Source: Treponema sp.
GTDB lineage: Bacteria > Spirochaetota > Spirochaetia > Treponematales > Breznakiellaceae
NCBI GenBank assembly: GCA_031281025.1
Contig: JAITFY010000126.1
Span: forward strand, 856 to 64,855
Direction of reading: 5' to 3'
Length of the DNA: 64,000 nt
The notes below the pieces were generated by a model, which worked only from the letters and a program-made list of their open reading frames with translations, did not search any database and was not told the DNA's origin. Positions 60,091 to 64,000 of the stretch are shown in pieces. Within the stretch, counting starts at the first letter, position 1. Every line of letters begins with the position of its first letter. The position numbers were made by a program, and so were the translations under genes.

Positions 60091-61281
60091 ATGCCTATTG
60101 CAGAGGGAATAAAAAATGCGCTCTCTTCATCGTCCATGATTCGCAAGATGTTCGAAGAAGGTTTACAGTTAAAAAAGCTTCACGGAGCGGATAAAGTTTT
60201 TGACTTTTCATTGGGGAATCCCGATGTTGATCCGCCGCCTGAGTTTCATGAAATGTTTGTAAAACTGGCGCAGGAAGATGAAAAAGGCTCGCATGGGTAT
60301 ATGCCCAATGCAGGATATCCTTTTGTAAGGGAAGCTTTGGCAAAAAAAGTATCCAAAGAGCAAAATGTAGAAATTGACGGCACTCACATTATAATGTCAG
60401 CAGGCGCTGCAGGCGGGCTTAATGCGGTTTTTAAAACCATCTGTAATCCGGGCGATGAAGTAATTGTTACGCGCCCTTTTTTTATGGAATACCGCCCCTA
60501 TACTGCAAATCACGGAGCTAAACTTATCGAAGTGGATTCCCTTGATAATTTTGATCTGGACATTGAGGCAATTGGAGCCGCATTAGCAGAGAAAACTGCC
60601 GCTGTAATTATCAATTCGCCCAATAACCCCACTGGAAAGGTTTATTCCGCCGCCGTTCTAACTTCTCTTGCTTCACTTCTTGTTGAACATGGGAAAAAAA
60701 CAGGGCGTTTTCCCTATCTTGTTTCCGATGAACCATACCGTGAAATAAACTACGACTGCGAAGTTCCGCCTGTACTTTGCTGTTACAAAGAATCCATTGT
60801 GGTTTATTCCTATTCTAAAAGCCTTTCAATCCCCGGAGAAAGAATTGGTTTTATAGCAGTTAGCCCTGATATTTCTGATAAAACTGATATTATAAATTCT
60901 TTAATTTATACAACCAGAATACTTGGTTTTGTAAATGCTCCTGCATTGATGCAAAGAATTGTAGCAGCTCTTACCGATGTTACAGTTGATGTTTCTGTAT
61001 ATGCAAAAAGGCGTGATGCTTTTATGAAAGTATTAAACGAAGCCGGCATAGAATATACATTGCCGCAAGGCGCATTTTATCTTTTTTGTAAAGTACCGAA
61101 TTCAACCAATAATGATAATGATGACAAGGCGTTTGTGGAACACTTAAAAAAACACCTTATTTTGGGTGTTCCCGGTTCTGGTTTTGGAAAACCCGGATGG
61201 CTGCGTTTTGCATACTGCGTAGATGAAAAAATAATCAAAAATTCAGCAGAGGCATTTAAAGCTGCAATGGGTAGCTGGTAA
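60091..61281 (+). CDS. PLP-dependent class I (aspartate-type) aminotransferase
   Basis: SLGNP, NSPNNPTG, SDEPY and SYSKSLSIPGERIG. Confidence 0.93.
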   Translation: MPIAEGIKNALSSSSMIRKMFEEGLQLKKLHGADKVFDFSLGNPDVDPPPEFHEMFVKLAQEDEKGSHGYMPNAGYPFVREALAKKVSKEQNVEIDGTHIIMSAGAAGGLNAVFKTICNPGDEVIVTRPFFMEYRPYTANHGAKLIEVDSLDNFDLDIEAIGAALAEKTAAVIINSPNNPTGKVYSAAVLTSLASLLVEHGKKTGRFPYLVSDEPYREINYDCEVPPVLCCYKESIVVYSYSKSLSIPGERIGFIAVSPDISDKTDIINSLIYTTRILGFVNAPALMQRIVAALTDVTVDVSVYAKRRDAFMKVLNEAGIEYTLPQGAFYLFCKVPNSTNNDNDDKAFVEHLKKHLILGVPGSGFGKPGWLRFAYCVDEKIIKNSAEAFKAAMGSW

Positions 61282-61313
61282 TTTAAAATACTTTAATAGG
61301 CGATAGCAAACCC

Positions 61314-62423
61314 TTACACGTCCTCAAACCTGATCCCCTCTCCGGCAGGAATAAAGTTTTTTGCCTGCCTGCCTTCGATAACGTTTTCCCAGTTAGGTTC
61401 AAGACCAGGGCGCAGGATTTTTTCGGTTCTTAGAATTGCGTAATCGCTTTTTTTTAGGAATTCGCCTGCGGTTATATCCCGTAGAGCATGAATGGAGCGG
61501 TTTGTCAAACGGTAGTTTTCTTTTTCCGAAGCCGCCAGCTGTTTAATACCGCTGCCTAAAATCTGCTCGATTAAAGCCGCTCCTTTTTTGCTATTGTAGT
61601 GAGCGATTGTCTCTTGTATTCCGGCTTCTGCGGCAAAACGTATGGCTTTTACCATAACAGCGAATTGTGCAGGGGGCAGGGCAATGGGGTCGTCAAGACC
61701 GGGATCGGTTTTGGACAGGCAAAAATGCTTTTCGATAACAAGGGCTCCCATGCTCACCGCCAGTGCAGGAACCAGTTCCGGGTCGCTGGAGTGATCGCTA
61801 ACACCAACTGGAATCCCAAAAATCCTCGCCAGATTGGGGATAACCCTTAAATTGTAATCGGTTTCAGGAGCAGGGTAGGAAGTAACGCAATGCAGCAAAC
61901 AGGCTTCTAAAAAAGGAGTATTTAACGCAAGCTCGATGTCTGCCAGAGTTGAAACTCCTGTGGAAAGGAAAGTTGGAAGACGCCAGGCGGCTATTTCTTT
62001 AAGCAAACTGGTGTAATTTAATTCGGGGGAGGCTATTTTTACCGCTTTTGGCTGTAATTCCTTTAAAATTGCGGCGCCTTTTTTGCCAAATGGGGTGCAA
62101 AGGAACAATAAGCCCCTAGATTCTGTGTATTCCTTTATTTCGGCATAAAAATCCGGCTTTGTTTCAAGCGCCTTGAACTTGTCATATAAACTGATGTTTC
62201 CTCCTGGTAAAGGTACAAAACCTGTATTTGGATGGAGAATTTCATCAGCATAAACAATTTGGAACTTTACACAATCTGCATTGGAAGCGGCAGCGGCGGA
62301 TATCATTTCGCGGGCTTTGCTGATATCACCGTTGTGGGAAGTGCCTAATTCTGCAATAATTAGCGGGTTTTGGGGGCAAAAAACCTTACCATCAATTTTG
62401 ATTTTTTTATCATTTTTTCTCAT
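61314..62423 (-). CDS. NeuB/SpsE-family nonulosonic acid synthase
   Basis: IIAELG.SHNG, VKFQ, KIAS, HCVTSYP, SDHS, IEKHF and a C-terminal AFP/SAF-like domain. Confidence 0.9.
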   Translation of the reverse strand: MRKNDKKIKIDGKVFCPQNPLIIAELGTSHNGDISKAREMISAAAASNADCVKFQIVYADEILHPNTGFVPLPGGNISLYDKFKALETKPDFYAEIKEYTESRGLLFLCTPFGKKGAAILKELQPKAVKIASPELNYTSLLKEIAAWRLPTFLSTGVSTLADIELALNTPFLEACLLHCVTSYPAPETDYNLRVIPNLARIFGIPVGVSDHSSDPELVPALAVSMGALVIEKHFCLSKTDPGLDDPIALPPAQFAVMVKAIRFAAEAGIQETIAHYNSKKGAALIEQILGSGIKQLAASEKENYRLTNRSIHALRDITAGEFLKKSDYAILRTEKILRPGLEPNWENVIEGRQAKNFIPAGEGIRFEDV

Positions 62424-62430
62424 ATAGGTC

Positions 62431-62459
62431 TCGACATAGTTTTATTATTTTAGTATACT
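62431..62459 (+). promoter_or_regulatory. Sigma70 promoter upstream of the small Zn protein, yebC and ruvC
   Basis: TCGACA, 17 bp, TATACT. SD AGGAGG precedes ATG 62490. Confidence 0.65.
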
Positions 62460-62489
62460 ATAATTAATAATAGATGTAGGAGGATTAAA

Positions 62490-62711
62490 ATGCAAACCAT
62501 TTCTTGTGATGTATGCAGAAAAAAAGTTGAAGATTCCATTACGGGTCGTTCTTTTTTCTATTTTGCACAGTTCAATGTGTGTGAAGCCTGTAAGGATAAT
62601 CTGGAAGTTCAAATAAAATCCACTATTAGGAATAAAGATCCTTTTTCCTATGATTGGTATAATAAACTGGTTGTTGATAATCTTAACAAGTCAGTTTCCA
62701 GGGGCAGATAA
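62490..62711 (+). CDS. Small CxxC...CxxC (putative zinc-binding) protein
   Basis: CDVC and CEAC. Strong SD and promoter. Confidence 0.75.
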   Translation: MQTISCDVCRKKVEDSITGRSFFYFAQFNVCEACKDNLEVQIKSTIRNKDPFSYDWYNKLVVDNLNKSVSRGR

Positions 62712-62764
62712 AATTATCCTGCTTAGAAAATATAAATTTTCTCATATCAAGTTAAGGAGTTTCT

Positions 62765-63505
62765 ATGTCGGGCCACAGTAAATGGGCGACAATTAAACAC
62801 GCAAAGGGGGCTGCGGATGCAAAGCGCGGCCGGGTTTTTACCAAATTGATCAAGGAGATTTCCATTGCTGCCAGAATGGGCGGCGGAAGTCTCGACGGAA
62901 ATCCGCGTCTGCGTACTGCCATTTTAAAGGCAAGAGCTGCCAATATGCCAAAGGACAATATCGACAGGGCAGTCAAAAAAGGTACGGGAGAGCTGGACGG
63001 CGTAAGTTACGAAGAACTGGTTTACGAAGCTTATGCGCCCGGTGGTGTTGCAATTTTTATCGAAGTTCTTACCGATAACAAAAATCGTGCAGCAGCCGAA
63101 ATCCGCAACATTCTTACCCGTGCCGGCGGACAGCTTGCCACTTCTGGTTCTGTTTCAAGGCTTTTTAAACGTCTGGGTGTAATTACCATGGACGGGGAAA
63201 AATACACGGAAGATGCGGTAATGGAAGTAGCAATCGAAGGCGGCGCCGAAGATGTATCAGCTGCCGAAGGCATTATCGAAGTCACCACTGCTCCCGAAGA
63301 TTTTGAAAATGTGTTAAATGCGCTTCAGGCAAAAGAATTTGAATCGATTAATGCGCAGATAAGCATGGTCGCCGAAGCGGAAGTAACCCTCGATAACGAC
63401 GGAACAGCAAAAGTATTAAGACTGGTTGACAAGCTGGAAGAATGTGATGATGTTCAAAACGTTTATTCCAACATCGCAATCCCCGAAGGTTTTGAACCTG
63501 CATAA
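62765..63505 (+). CDS. yebC: YebC/PmpR family protein
   Basis: MSGHSKWATIKH, NPRLR, TDNKNR and DDVQNVYSN. Confidence 0.96.
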   Translation: MSGHSKWATIKHAKGAADAKRGRVFTKLIKEISIAARMGGGSLDGNPRLRTAILKARAANMPKDNIDRAVKKGTGELDGVSYEELVYEAYAPGGVAIFIEVLTDNKNRAAAEIRNILTRAGGQLATSGSVSRLFKRLGVITMDGEKYTEDAVMEVAIEGGAEDVSAAEGIIEVTTAPEDFENVLNALQAKEFESINAQISMVAEAEVTLDNDGTAKVLRLVDKLEECDDVQNVYSNIAIPEGFEPA

Positions 63506-64000
63506 AAGGGTCCTGGGCATAGACCCTGGTCTTGCAAGTACAGGCTGGGGTGTAGTTGATGATGTTAACGGGTGCTTGCGGTATATCGATCATGGTTTGA
63601 TAACAACAAAGGCGGATCGTCCAAGGCCGGACCGCCTTTTTTTTATTTTACAGAGTGTACGTGTTATCATAGAAAAATTTAACCCAACACAGGCAGCAAT
63701 AGAAACTCTGTACTTTGGCAGAAATGTTTCCAGCGCCATCCCGGTTGCAGAAGCCCGCGGGGTAATTTCCGCAGCAATAGCAGAGAAGGGCATTCCAATC
63801 AGCGAATTGACGCCTAACGCAATCAAAATGGGAGTTGTAGGCAGCAATTCGGCGGACAAAAAACAAGTTCAGGAAATGGTACGTATTATTCTGGGCTTGG
63901 ACAAAATCCCAAAACCCGAACATGCCGCAGATGCGCTTGCGGCGGCAATTTGCACAATTAATCAGAGCGTTAATTACAGGTGTGCTGGGGACGCAAAGCC
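63492..64000 (+). CDS. ruvC: Holliday junction resolvase RuvC (no stop within the window, absent from the ORF track)
   Basis: Manual translation from TTG 63492 gives RVLGIDPGLASTGWG...AAIETLYF...AEARG...ADKKQV...HAADALAAA. Canonical yebC-ruvC order. Confidence 0.93.
   Translation, partial: MNLHKRVLGIDPGLASTGWGVVDDVNGCLRYIDHGLITTKADRPRPDRLFFILQSVRVIIEKFNPTQAAIETLYFGRNVSSAIPVAEARGVISAAIAEKGIPISELTPNAIKMGVVGSNSADKKQVQEMVRIILGLDKIPKPEHAADALAAAICTINQSVNYRCAGDAK

Noticed and set aside
63510-63530. GGGTC...GACCC hairpin after yebC as a terminator
   Set aside because: It lies within the ruvC coding sequence (RVLGIDP) and has no U-tract.

Overview
This is an AT-rich spirochaete chromosome segment. 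Gene content and order point to a Treponema-type organism, probably a termite-gut lineage (inference). It holds two flaA sheath genes and ptsI, followed by a three-gene surface module: a GLUG-repeat lipoprotein and two paralogous beta-barrel/transglutaminase-like proteins, one with an intact triad and one without. After pepD comes the treponemal superoperon mraZ-rsmH-ftsL-murF-mraY-ftsW-ftsQ-ftsA-ftsZ-xerD-TPR-dprA-topA-xerC-hslVU-flgBC-fliEFGHIJ. The rest is housekeeping: FNT channel, M16 protease, galE, ABC-F, groES, nusB, SurA-like PPIase, alaS, MCP, hflX, thiI/cysteine desulfurase, thrA, aminotransferase, NeuB-like synthase, yebC, and ruvC running off the end. No rRNA, tRNA, CRISPR array or intact mobile element was seen. 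The most notable observations are (1) the adhesin plus active/pseudo-enzyme module, (2) dispersed 7-bp tandem repeats sitting in frame inside genes, (3) a probable integron-cassette relic with a DNA methyltransferase fragment next to the MCP gene, (4) several apparently leaderless genes, and (5) similar C-terminal extensions on FliH and FliI.
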